Assembly (NCBI GenBank): GCA_965223345.1
Contig: CBDCWG010000012.1
Coordinates: 2,880,001-2,944,000 of the forward strand
Direction of reading: 5' to 3'
Source of the DNA: Nitrospinales bacterium
GTDB taxonomy: Bacteria; Nitrospinota; Nitrospinia; Nitrospinales; VA-1
Length of the DNA stretch: 64,000 bases
Part shown: piece by piece, positions 40,491 to 49,783 of the stretch
Numbering within the stretch: position 1 is the first letter of the stretch
Layout: every line of letters begins with the position of its first letter
Notes under the pieces: generated by a model
Databases searched by the model: none
The model's input: the letters and a program-made list of their open reading frames with translations, nothing else
What the model was told of the DNA's origin: nothing
Translations under genes and position numbers: made by a program

Positions 40491-40880
40491 CTAGAATACG
40501 GAAATCGGCTGCCGGCCCGAGAACCCGGAGTCGAGATCGTGCCAGTAGCGGATCTCCTTTTCCGGAACCTTCCAGCACAGATAGACTTCCTTGCCTTCGC
40601 GCAGGGAGGGGAAATCCACCAGACCGTCGTTGATCCCCTTTAAAATACAGCCCGAGGCTTCCAGGTCCTTGATGAAGTTGTTCAGACTGATCGCGGCTTT
40701 CAGGTAGGCCGCTCCCTGGGCGCTGCCGCCGTTGTACTTGTGCTTTTCCCAGGCGTTTTTGACATCCGGGTAATCGTTCATCAACTCCGAGGCCAGCTTC
40801 TGGATGCGGGGAACTTCATCCAACAATTTGGGCACAAACGAGTTGGCTTCCTTCAAGGTGAAATATTTTTTTTGCGACAT
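40491..40880 (-). CDS. DUF2203 domain protein
   Basis: FTLKEAN..VP, GLVDFPS..EG.EVYLCWK..E..I.YWH....GFSGRQPI. Confidence 0.88.
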   Translation of the reverse strand: MSQKKYFTLKEANSFVPKLLDEVPRIQKLASELMNDYPDVKNAWEKHKYNGGSAQGAAYLKAAISLNNFIKDLEASGCILKGINDGLVDFPSLREGKEVYLCWKVPEKEIRYWHDLDSGFSGRQPISVF

Positions 40881-41180
40881 GACGGATGATTTCCCTTCGG
40901 GCTGATGGAACGAAACATTCAGGAAAATTAAATAGGGATTAATTTTCTATTATTAAATATTTATTATATTTGATTATTCTGGCATTTCCCATCGAAAAAT
41001 GGCCCGAAAAGGAAAAAAACGCCCATAAATCAAATAATTTCAATAATTTATGATTATCGGTCCGCGAAAGTGGGATGGGGAAGCGGCAAAATTCGGATTA
41101 TCGGAATTGCGCGCTCGCCTGCGGGAGGGCTTCGGGCCGCTGGGGTTTGCCCGAAATGCCTTCACAAATCGGTTTTTTTA

Positions 41181-41225
41181 TTGACAAAACCTTCATATGA
41201 TTATAAATTTTCACCACTGTGAAAA
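41181..41225 (+). promoter_or_regulatory. Sigma70-like promoter followed by an inverted repeat (candidate operator)
   Basis: TTGACA at 41181 with a TAAATT/TATAAA -10 region; TTTTCAC-CACT-GTGAAAA palindrome right after it. Confidence 0.55.
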
Positions 41226-41396
41226 ACCATTCATTATGGGTTTACTCTATTTAAATTAAAAAAATCCATCTAATAGACAGATGCCCGAGGGGGGGTGAAA
41301 GAAAAAACTCGGCAACTGATTATTATATCGCGCGATTGAACGATTTTTTTTGGTTTTAGTTGGATGTTTTTCCATCTTTATTCGGGAGGCTAAGTA

Positions 41397-41846
41397 ATGA
41401 AGAAATTAGTGTTGGTAGCAGCAGTTTTCGTTTTCGTATTTGGAATGGGCTCCGTCGCCATGGCCGATGACGTGATTCCGGGCGCCTACTCCCAGCAGGA
41501 TCAGAGCGTGATGGGTGTGGGACAGACGATCATGCAGATGGGCGCACGCGACCGCGCACTCACGAACGCAGTCAACCGGGCTTCCCGCGCACACCGCTCT
41601 CTCGGTGATGCGTTCGGCGATGTGAATGCCAGCTATCAGTTCGGTTCCTCTCAGTCCGATCAATCCTGGAAAGCCGCCCGCACCGTTGAAGAAGCTCAGG
41701 TTCGCGGACTGGTTCCCGGCGACTGTCAGGGCGACAATTCCACGGATGCTTACAGGAAGCAGATGGGTCAGAGCCGTGATGGCTTCATGGAAGAAAAACT
41801 GGTATCCAACGCTCAGTGTGGCGAATACCATCCGACCCTGAAGTAA
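41397..41846 (+). CDS. Secreted hypothetical protein (149 aa)
   Basis: GGGAGG RBS, MKKLVLVAAV...AMA signal peptide, two Cys, own terminator. Confidence 0.85.
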   Translation: MKKLVLVAAVFVFVFGMGSVAMADDVIPGAYSQQDQSVMGVGQTIMQMGARDRALTNAVNRASRAHRSLGDAFGDVNASYQFGSSQSDQSWKAARTVEEAQVRGLVPGDCQGDNSTDAYRKQMGQSRDGFMEEKLVSNAQCGEYHPTLK

Positions 41847-41866
41847 GAAATGCTTTGATTTTCCGG

Positions 41867-41895
41867 GCGGGGGGACTTTCCCCCCGCTTTTTTTT
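41867..41895 (+). terminator. Rho-independent terminator
   Basis: GCGGGGGGA-CTT-TCCCCCCGC followed by T8. Confidence 0.85.
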
Positions 41896-41996
41896 ATGCA
41901 AACCGGCAGGCTTTTTGTCTGCCGGTTTTGTTTTTTTCGGCGGGTTTTCGGAATTCCGGGGGGAGAGATCTCTTTGAATTTGTTATTCTAAATCGT

Positions 41997-42500
41997 ATGA
42001 TCCCGAAAAAGAAACCCCGCACTCCGGCCGCCTTCCCGATCCCGCCCTTCTGGAAAAACCCAGGGGAAGGCGGCACATTCCTGGTGTTGTGCCTTTCTTT
42101 CATGCTTCTGTCATCCCTGCGTCCCGCAACGGTGTTCGCCGGCGATTTCCAGCCCGTATCCCTGAAAAAATACCCGCAATTGAGCGTCGTGGTCCCCAAT
42201 CCCCTGGACATGACCAAACTGCCTGCGGGAAAAACCTTTCAGGTGACGGAAGACGGCTTCATCCTGCAGTTTTATTTCGACGGCCGGGACGTCTACGGGA
42301 TTATTTTTAAACGGAAAAAGTATCTGTCCCTGTATGTGGAATGGTGCTTTTTCAAATCCTGCGAGGAAAGCCAGTACAATTACATCGTCCAAATCGCGGA
42401 AGCCTACAAGCCGCCCTACGATCAGGATTTTTTTTCGATCAAACTGCCCGCCCGCCTGTCATATCGTTTTCAGGGAATGAAGTTTTTCACGTCAGAATAA
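41997..42500 (+). CDS. Hypothetical exported protein
   Basis: Hydrophobic leader, then an aromatic-rich domain with CFFKSC; start uncertain. Confidence 0.65.
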   Translation: MIPKKKPRTPAAFPIPPFWKNPGEGGTFLVLCLSFMLLSSLRPATVFAGDFQPVSLKKYPQLSVVVPNPLDMTKLPAGKTFQVTEDGFILQFYFDGRDVYGIIFKRKKYLSLYVEWCFFKSCEESQYNYIVQIAEAYKPPYDQDFFSIKLPARLSYRFQGMKFFTSE

Positions 42501-42651
42501 TTCGACTTCCATCCCCGGCCACTCCGCTGCTGCAGGAAATCACCTGCAGGAAATCCGCGCCCGAAATTTCCCCAAGATTAACACTTCTTAATTAATTATT
42601 TTTAACATTTCTTTATGCCAATTCCTGCTATGATTAACTTAATTCTTACAG

Positions 42652-42734
42652 ACAAAGGCGGACTCCACTCACCAGTTAGAGGTTGTCTCCTCCTCCGGTA
42701 CCCGCTGGGGCGTGGTTTCCGCCATTGTTTTTTT
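42652..42734 (+). ncRNA. Candidate small RNA: long hairpin with CU-rich (anti-SD-like) apex and U tail
   Basis: ACAA-AGGCGGA..CCAC..CCAG pairs with CTGG..GTGG..TCCGCC-ATTGT; internal GAGG-TTGTCTCCT-CCTC; ends in T7; lies in a 400-bp intergenic region. Confidence 0.4.
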
Positions 42735-42908
42735 CTCCCACCGTTTATCAGTCTTCCCTTTCAGCCTGACTTCGCCCGATCGGTCGCATCGCGTTTCGCA
42801 TCGTTTTTCTTATCATTCCCCCGCGCCGCCTTTTTACAGGCGGCGGCAAGCGCCGGTGAGTTTGCTATAATGAACGCACCATCATTCAATATCGGTTGAG
42901 AGGATTCC

Positions 42909-43331
42909 ATGTCACGATTCAACGACAATGACAACGGTACGGTCACCGACACAGAGACCGGCCTCACCTGGTTCAAGAAAGATTCGCGTCAGATCACGGG
43001 CAAGTGGATGCACCTGGAAAAATCGCAGAAATTTGCGGAGCAGCAAAACGCGGAGAAGTTCGGGGGGCACGACGACTGGCGGATTCCCAAACTGGAAGAC
43101 ATTAAAACCATCTTCGACAAGAGTTTCAGCCAGAAGGATTTCGGCAACAACGAAATCCACATCCCTTCCGTGTTCGAACCCGGCTGTGCGGACAGTTCCT
43201 GGACCGACACCATCAACGGCGACCGCGCCATGATGTTCAGCCTGGTGAAAGGACGCTCCACCTGGATCAACCGTTTCGGAGAAGGCCCGTTCGCGGTGCG
43301 GCTGGTGCGGGGAACGCGCGCGGAGAAATAA
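42909..43331 (+). CDS. Lcl C-terminal domain (DUF1566) protein, second paralog
   Basis: RFNDNDNGTVTDTETGLTW, FGGHDDWRIP, AVRLVRG. Confidence 0.87.
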   Translation: MSRFNDNDNGTVTDTETGLTWFKKDSRQITGKWMHLEKSQKFAEQQNAEKFGGHDDWRIPKLEDIKTIFDKSFSQKDFGNNEIHIPSVFEPGCADSSWTDTINGDRAMMFSLVKGRSTWINRFGEGPFAVRLVRGTRAEK

Positions 43332-43370
43332 TCCGCATGCGTGTTGCTGACTTGCGTGGATGAGTTTCTA

Positions 43371-43724
43371 TCAGGCTCTGGCGTTGAGGAACAGCCACAC
43401 GCCCGTGCCGATCAGCAGAACGGCGAACCCGCGCTTGAAGTTCTGGTCAGACAGGTTCTGCAAAAGCATCGGCCCGATCTGCGCGCCCACGATCCCTCCC
43501 AATGCGAGCCACAGGCCGGTCCGGATATCGACGTTTCCCAGCTTGGAATGCGCCAGCAGGGATGACACCGCCACCAGCCCGACGAACAGGAACGAGGTCC
43601 CCACGGCCATCTTCGCTTCCTTGCCCATGTAGATGAGGTAAGGCACCACGAGAAACCCTCCCCCCAGGCCGGAGCCCGAGGACAGGATTCCGATGATCAG
43701 ACCGAGCACTATCAGGATTATCAA
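43371..43724 (-). CDS. Half-length TauE/SafE (TSUP) sulfite exporter family protein
   Basis: GLGGGFLVVPYL, AVGTS, HSKLGNVD, GGIVGAQIG; TTG start overlaps the upstream TGA, after AAGGAG. Confidence 0.8.
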   Translation of the reverse strand: MIILIVLGLIIGILSSGSGLGGGFLVVPYLIYMGKEAKMAVGTSFLFVGLVAVSSLLAHSKLGNVDIRTGLWLALGGIVGAQIGPMLLQNLSDQNFKRGFAVLLIGTGVWLFLNARA

Positions 43725-44953
43725 GTCGCATCTCCTTTCTCGACGTATTTCGTTTCCAGCGCATCCACCACGGCGGCGCCGATGGAATCACCCCACACGT
43801 TGACCGTGGTGCGACAGCGGTCCAAAAACCAGTCGATGGAAAGCAAGAGCCCCAGGCCCTCCAGCGGCAACCCGACCGAGTTGAGCACGATGACCATGGT
43901 CACCAGCCCCGCTTCGGGAATGCCCGCCGCGCCGATCGCCGCGAGCGTCGCGGTGACGAAAACGATGGCCTGCTGCCCGACGCTCAACTCGATGCCGAAA
44001 GCCTGGGCGATGAAGATCGCCGCCACCGCTTCGTACAACGCCGTGCCATTCATGTTCACGGTGGCGGCCAGCGGCAGAACGAACAGCGTCGCTTTGCGCG
44101 ACACGTTGTTCAACTGCACGCATTCGAAGGTCACCGGCAACGTGGCGGAACTGCTGGCGGTGGAGAACGCCGTGGTGAGCGCCTCGCTCATGTTTTTGCC
44201 GTAAAGCACCGGGTTGCGCTTGGTGAGCCACATCAACAGGAAAGGCAGCACGATCAGCGCATGGATGCCAAGCGCGATCAGGACGGTGACGACGTATTTG
44301 CCGATCTTGCTGAGTTCCGCCCAGAATGCGTCGCCGCCGCCGGCGGCCCCCAGTTTCGCGGCGATGAGGGCGAACACGCCCAAAGGGGCGACGTACATGA
44401 CGAGGTGCACGATTTTCATGATGGCTTCGTTGACGCCGTCGAAAAACGCGATCACCGGCTTGCCCTTTTCGCCGATCGTGGTGAGGACGCCGCCGAAAAA
44501 CAGGGAAAACACGATGATGGGCAGGATGTTCATCTCCACCATCGCCTGCACGAGGTTGCCGGAAACGAACTGCCCAAGGATATCCGTGATCCCCGTCGCC
44601 TCTTTGGCCGCCACCTTTTCGCTCACGGCGGCTCCGGTGGATTCCACACCGACTCCGGGTTGCAAAATATTCACGGCGATCAACCCGATCAGCACGGCCG
44701 CCAGATTGGTCAGACCGAAATAGAACAGCGCGATGCCGCCGGTCTTGCCCACTTTGCGGACATCGCCGAGTCCGGAGATGCCGACGATCATCGACGAGAC
44801 GATGAGCGGGATGACGAGCATCTTCAGGGCATCGAGAAACATCTCGCCGATCCAGTCCACGGCGTGCATCTGCTTGCCAAAGAACCAGCCGCAGAACACG
44901 CCCAGCAGGATGCCGGTGAGCATCAGGTACACCAGTAAGTTTTTATTGTTCAT
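43721..44953 (-). CDS. Dicarboxylate/amino acid:cation symporter (DAACS/GltP family)
   Basis: AFSTASSSATLP, TVNMNGTALYE, AAIGAAGIP, DRCRTTVNVWGD. Confidence 0.95.
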   Translation of the reverse strand: MNNKNLLVYLMLTGILLGVFCGWFFGKQMHAVDWIGEMFLDALKMLVIPLIVSSMIVGISGLGDVRKVGKTGGIALFYFGLTNLAAVLIGLIAVNILQPGVGVESTGAAVSEKVAAKEATGITDILGQFVSGNLVQAMVEMNILPIIVFSLFFGGVLTTIGEKGKPVIAFFDGVNEAIMKIVHLVMYVAPLGVFALIAAKLGAAGGGDAFWAELSKIGKYVVTVLIALGIHALIVLPFLLMWLTKRNPVLYGKNMSEALTTAFSTASSSATLPVTFECVQLNNVSRKATLFVLPLAATVNMNGTALYEAVAAIFIAQAFGIELSVGQQAIVFVTATLAAIGAAGIPEAGLVTMVIVLNSVGLPLEGLGLLLSIDWFLDRCRTTVNVWGDSIGAAVVDALETKYVEKGDAT

Positions 44954-45161
44954 CGTTTCCGCCTGAATTCGAGGTTGAGTTTTTTCAATGCGTCTGGGAG
45001 CGGATCGTTCGCACTTTTTATCTATTCACGTGCGGCGGCGCCATCGTCCGGGCGACAAATAGTTTTCAGCGCGCCGCTTCGGCGTTATAATATCAGAGTA
45101 ATAATTCTTTTATTTCAATGCTTTTGTTTTAACCGTCGCAAATCCACACCAGGGAGACACC

Positions 45162-46451
45162 ATGGGAGAAACGGTCAAGCTCATGTACCAGGGGAAAATT
45201 TTCGAGTTCCCCGTACTGGAAGGCACCTGCGGTGAAAAGGCGTTCGACATTTCCAGTCTGCGCAAGGAAACGGGACTCATCACGCTGGACCCGGGGTTTT
45301 TGAGCACGGGGTCCTGTGAAAGCCGGATCACTTACCTCGACGGCGAAAAGGGAATCCTGCTGTACCGCGGCATTCCCATCGAACAGTTGGCGGAAAAAAG
45401 CACCTTCGTGGAAACCGCCTTCCTTTTGATCTACGGCCACCTTCCCACTGAGAACGAACTGAACTATTTTCAGCATCACATCACCTACCATTCGATGCTG
45501 CACGAGTCGATCAAGAACCTGTACGACGGTTTCCCCAACAACCCGCATCCAATGGCGGTGGCCAGCGCGGTGGTCGGTTCCTTAGCGACGTTTTATGAAA
45601 ACCAGTTGAGCGTGCGCGACGAACGAGAAATCGAAATCACCATCCACCGGCTGATGGCGAAGCTGCCGACCATCGCCGCGTACAGTTACAAGAAATCCAT
45701 CGGCCAGCCCCTGCCCTACCCGGACAACTCGCTGGATTACGCCAGCAACTTTCTGAAGATGATGTTTTCCACTCCCTGTGAACCTTACGAAGTGGACCCG
45801 GTCGTTGCCAAGACGCTGGACGTGCTGCTCATTCTGCACGCCGACCACGAACAGAACTGTTCCACCAGTACGGTGCGTCTGGTGGGCAGCTCCATGTGCA
45901 ACCTGTTCGCCTCGGTTTCGGCGGGGATCTACGCTCTGTGGGGGCCGCTGCACGGCGGCGCCAATCAGGCCGTCATCGAAATGCTGCAGGAGATCCACGA
46001 TAACGGCGGAAACGTCAGACAGTATATCGAAAAAGCCAAAGACTCCAAAGATCCCTTTCGCCTGATGGGATTCGGACACCGCGTGTACAAGAACTTCGAT
46101 CCCCGAAGCCGCATCATCAAGAAACTGGCGCACCAGCTTGTGGACCGGATGACGCACCGGGAACCCCTGATGGAAATCGCCCTCGACCTGGAAGAGATCG
46201 CCACCAAGGACGAATACTTTCTCGAGAAGAAGCTGTACCCCAACGTGGATTTTTATTCCGGACTCATCTACAAGGCGATCCGCCTTCCGGTGAACATGTT
46301 CACGGTGCTGTTCGCCATGGGCCGGCTGCCGGGCTGGATCGCCCAGTGGAAAGAGTTGCAGGAAGACAAAAACTTCAAGATCGGCCGTCCGCGCCAGATC
46401 TATCTCGGCGAGGCGAAACGCGACTATGTGCCCTTGAAGGACCGGGGTTGA
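45162..46451 (+). CDS. gltA: Citrate synthase
   Basis: ILHADHEQNCST, LWGPLHGGAN, RLMGFGHRVYKNFDPR, LYPNVDFYSG. Confidence 0.97.
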   Translation: MGETVKLMYQGKIFEFPVLEGTCGEKAFDISSLRKETGLITLDPGFLSTGSCESRITYLDGEKGILLYRGIPIEQLAEKSTFVETAFLLIYGHLPTENELNYFQHHITYHSMLHESIKNLYDGFPNNPHPMAVASAVVGSLATFYENQLSVRDEREIEITIHRLMAKLPTIAAYSYKKSIGQPLPYPDNSLDYASNFLKMMFSTPCEPYEVDPVVAKTLDVLLILHADHEQNCSTSTVRLVGSSMCNLFASVSAGIYALWGPLHGGANQAVIEMLQEIHDNGGNVRQYIEKAKDSKDPFRLMGFGHRVYKNFDPRSRIIKKLAHQLVDRMTHREPLMEIALDLEEIATKDEYFLEKKLYPNVDFYSGLIYKAIRLPVNMFTVLFAMGRLPGWIAQWKELQEDKNFKIGRPRQIYLGEAKRDYVPLKDRG

Positions 46452-46471
46452 CGGGGGTCTGGGTGAGGGGT

Positions 46472-46795
46472 CTAGGCTGCGGGTTCGATCGTGCAGGTGA
46501 ACGGAAACTGCTCCAGCGAGGCGGCGGCGTGCACCTGCTCGACTTTGAATTCGGCCTGTTCCAGGGGCAGCGTGGCGACGTGGGCGGAGCCTTTGTGGTG
46601 GATCTCAAACATCAGCTTCTCGGCGCTGTCGTAGTCTTTCTGGAACAGATTGACCAGAACCCGCACCACAAATTCCATCGTGGTGACTTCGTCGTTCCAC
46701 ATGATGATTCGGTATAACGGGAGGTAGGCCCGATCGGTCGAACGATCGAGTTCTTCGTCCACCCCGGGGGAATAGGGTAAGGTTTCGGTTCCCAT
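46472..46795 (-). CDS. clpS: ATP-dependent Clp protease adaptor ClpS
   Basis: YRIIMWNDEVTTMEFVV, MFEIHHKG, AEFKV. Confidence 0.92.
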   Translation of the reverse strand: MGTETLPYSPGVDEELDRSTDRAYLPLYRIIMWNDEVTTMEFVVRVLVNLFQKDYDSAEKLMFEIHHKGSAHVATLPLEQAEFKVEQVHAAASLEQFPFTCTIEPAA

Positions 46796-46961
46796 AACGA
46801 CTGATCAGAAACGGCTATTGAAAAAATAAGCCAATAAAACAACAGGCTAACAATTAATCTATAATATTAGAAAATATCTTTTTGATTTTCAATTCATTTG
46901 TTTTACAAAATGAAACTTCCTTATGTTTCAATCTCTTAATAGAATTACAGCGGGTTTGCGG

Positions 46962-47879
46962 ATGTCTGCTTTGCTGCGCCGGGGTGCGGCCGTTTTTTCA
47001 GTGTTTCTGTTGAGCGCCCTGCTCTTCCTTCCCCAGGGGGCCGAGACCCAGGAGGGCGGATATCCGCTGGGAGAATACGCCTCCTTCGAACCGCGGGGAG
47101 ACATCCGCCGCTTCACCGGCGAGACCCTGCATTTCGACATCAGCTTCCTGATATTCGAGAACGCCGCGAGCGCCAACGTGCGTTTTTACGAGGAAGACGG
47201 CAAATACCAGGCCGTCCTGCGGGGCAAGACCAAGGGCTTCGTCGGCTTTTTCACCGCCTACCGCGAGCACATCTATAAGGCCATCTTCGAGGTGATCGAC
47301 GACGGCAGGCGGGTGCGCGCCAGGGAGTTCATCCGCAAGGTCATCGAGGGCGGCAAGGTGGAAAAATCCAACCATATTTTCGACTACAAGAACCGGGTGC
47401 ACCGCTGGTTCGAGTACGTCAACGAAGACCTGGTCGAGACGGGAAAAGAAGACATTCCCCCCGGCGTCAACTTCGACGACATTCTGAGCGTGTTCTACAA
47501 TTTCCGCAACGGCGTGTACGGCGACATCGAACGCGGCGCAAAGTTCGAAATCAAGACCGTCCCGGAAAAAGGCAGCGACCACATCTCCATCCACGTGCAG
47601 GACAAAGAGGAAGAGGAAAAAGCCCGCGCACAGGAGAACCGGCCGGCGAGAGAGGAATTGCTGATCGATGTCATCGCGCCCAAGGAAGTGTTTCACACCG
47701 AATCGGGCGTCATCCGGCTGTGGGCGTCCAAACACTTCATCCCGCTGGAATCGAGGATTCAGGACTACATCTTCCTCGGCGACCTGCGCGCCAACCTCAG
47801 AAAACGCGAGTACGACAACCCCCTCGTCAGCAAGGAAGTGTCCACCTCCTCCATCCAGCCGCAATCCAAGATCGAATAG
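46962..47879 (+). CDS. DUF3108-like exported protein
   Basis: Signal-like N-terminus; GETLHFDISFL...A, DDILSVFYNFR, IRLW...IPL pattern. Confidence 0.7.
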   Translation: MSALLRRGAAVFSVFLLSALLFLPQGAETQEGGYPLGEYASFEPRGDIRRFTGETLHFDISFLIFENAASANVRFYEEDGKYQAVLRGKTKGFVGFFTAYREHIYKAIFEVIDDGRRVRAREFIRKVIEGGKVEKSNHIFDYKNRVHRWFEYVNEDLVETGKEDIPPGVNFDDILSVFYNFRNGVYGDIERGAKFEIKTVPEKGSDHISIHVQDKEEEEKARAQENRPAREELLIDVIAPKEVFHTESGVIRLWASKHFIPLESRIQDYIFLGDLRANLRKREYDNPLVSKEVSTSSIQPQSKIE

Positions 47880-47933
47880 CGCCGACGGAGAGAAGTTTCA
47901 GGTGTGGGTGAGTGTGTTTTTCTTCGTTGCTCG

Positions 47934-48278
47934 CTAAACTTCGAACGACGGCAACGGCGGGTCCTGCCAGATGTTGACCTGGTTGGTTTCGTCGAGCGTC
48001 ACGGCGCCGAAGCGCACCGAATAGGGCTCGGTGTGCTCGCAGTTGTAATCGACGGTGATCTTGCGGATGTCCCACTTGCCCTGCTCCGGCCCCACCAGCG
48101 TCAGGCTGTGCGCGAAGCTGTTGACCTCGAATTTGCCTTCAAAGGTTTCCCCGGCAGCGGTGCCGCCCTGGGTGTCCTCGAATGGCAGGGTGTGGTTGTT
48201 GATGCTGAACTGCACCGGGCCGGGCGTTCCCGTGTCCCCGGTTTCGACTTTCACTTTGAACGTGTTCAATCGCGGCAT
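47934..48278 (-). CDS. Small all-beta hypothetical protein (PLAT/LH2-like)
   Basis: FKVKVETGDTGT...GETF...LTL...WDIRKITV resembles the PLAT pattern; host-like codon usage. Confidence 0.65.
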   Translation of the reverse strand: MPRLNTFKVKVETGDTGTPGPVQFSINNHTLPFEDTQGGTAAGETFEGKFEVNSFAHSLTLVGPEQGKWDIRKITVDYNCEHTEPYSVRFGAVTLDETNQVNIWQDPPLPSFEV

Positions 48279-48304
48279 GGCGTTTCACCCAATTAAAAAA
48301 GTGA

Positions 48305-49144
48305 TCAGGAAAAATACGGGTTGAGCCCGGCGGAGTGGTCGGTCTCATCGAGAATCGCACCCACTTTCGGGACCGCCGTGCGAAAGGCGGTGTGGATGCC
48401 CTGTTTTAAAGTCAGGTCCGCGGCGCTGCATCCCTGACAGCCGCCGCCCATCTGGATGGTGATGGTGTTGCCCTTCACATCCAGCAGCGTGATGCGGCCG
48501 CCGTGCGCCGCGACGCCGGGATTGACTTCCGTGTCGATGACGTTCTGGATGTCGTTGCGCAGCATTTCCTCGGTCGGCAGATCGGCCGGGATCTTGGGAT
48601 CGATCAGCTCCCCGCCCTCCTGGATCACGCGGCGCATTTCTTTTCCCACTTCCTCGGCCAGCGGTTTCCAATCGACCAGGGTCTTGTCCTTGCGCGTGAT
48701 GGTCAGGGTGGATTCCAGCACTAGCACCGTCTCCACATCGTCGAGGCTGAACAGCGCTTCCGCCAGGGGCGACCCGGCGGCGCTTTCAAAATTGGCGAAG
48801 AACCAGGAATAGCCTTTCGTCAGCTGCCGGTTGACCTTGAACACACACTGGTCGTTGCCGGCGGAAGGCTGGGCCAGGATCCTGATTTCATCGGAAGCTT
48901 CCGGAAACACCGCATCGGCCAGCACGGGCGCCTGAATGGTCACGCGCTCCTTGGGCGGCTCATCCTGCCAGTTGTCCGCCTGCGCTTCGCGCGGCGAAGG
49001 CGGCGTGATCGCAGGGGCGGCGGGCGTGCTTTTGGCTGCGGCTTCGCTTGCGGGTTCCGCAGTGCCGTTGCCGCCGTTGGGTTCCTCAGTGGATTCCGGA
49101 GAAGAAAAGAAATTTTTGAGTTTTATTTTTTCAAACAGAGACAC
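48305..49144 (-). CDS. NifU/Nfu family Fe-S cluster carrier (Nfu_N scaffold + NifU-C)
   Basis: AAGSPLAEALFSL..V..V (Nfu_N); EVNPGVAAHGG...MGGGCQGC CxxC. Confidence 0.9.
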   Translation of the reverse strand: MSLFEKIKLKNFFSSPESTEEPNGGNGTAEPASEAAAKSTPAAPAITPPSPREAQADNWQDEPPKERVTIQAPVLADAVFPEASDEIRILAQPSAGNDQCVFKVNRQLTKGYSWFFANFESAAGSPLAEALFSLDDVETVLVLESTLTITRKDKTLVDWKPLAEEVGKEMRRVIQEGGELIDPKIPADLPTEEMLRNDIQNVIDTEVNPGVAAHGGRITLLDVKGNTITIQMGGGCQGCSAADLTLKQGIHTAFRTAVPKVGAILDETDHSAGLNPYFS

Positions 49145-49391
49145 CGGTTCGTTCTCCTATAGGTTCGTAAAGGACGCGTCGTTCCTGTATTAGACTCCTA
49201 TTTTATCCCAGGGATTCAAAACCAGGCGAGTTAAAACGCCATCCCAAACCGGCGATGAAAGCGGCCAGGATTGAAAACTTGTGCTGGCAACACCCGCCTC
49301 CCCTGCCCCTTCCGCGGGGATTCGGCGGTTCACAAGGCCGATTATCGGCGTCCCACCGCCCACAGCCTGCATTTTCAGGCACATCGGGCGG

Positions 49392-49763
49392 TCACACGCG
49401 GAAGGCGTCCTGCAGCAGTTCCACCGCGAACGATTTGGGGTCGTCCGGGTCGCCGGTGACGCACACCACGTCGAAGCGCAGGTCGCGGTCGCGGATGTCA
49501 TACTTCGCGAGAAAGCCACGTGCGGTGCGGGCGATGCGGGCCTGCTTGTGCGGCGTGAGCGCCGTGGCGGGATGGCCGAACTGCGCGCCGGCGCGGGATT
49601 TCACTTCGATGCAGACGATGACCTTTTTGTGCTCGGCGATCAGGTCGATCTCGCCACCGGCGTGCTTGAAGTTCTCATGCAGAATACGGTAGCCCTTTTT
49701 CTTGAGATACGCACGCGCCGCTTTCTCGCCCGCCCTGCCGAAATCCTGTCGTTGCTTGGTCAC
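49392..49763 (-). CDS. yraN: YraN family (UPF0102) endonuclease-like protein
   Basis: GRAGEKAA..YL...GY.IL..N....GEIDLIA...IEVKSR...RFDVV. Confidence 0.93.
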   Translation of the reverse strand: MTKQRQDFGRAGEKAARAYLKKKGYRILHENFKHAGGEIDLIAEHKKVIVCIEVKSRAGAQFGHPATALTPHKQARIARTARGFLAKYDIRDRDLRFDVVCVTGDPDDPKSFAVELLQDAFRV

Positions 49764-49783
49764 ACCACACCTCGAAACGATGA

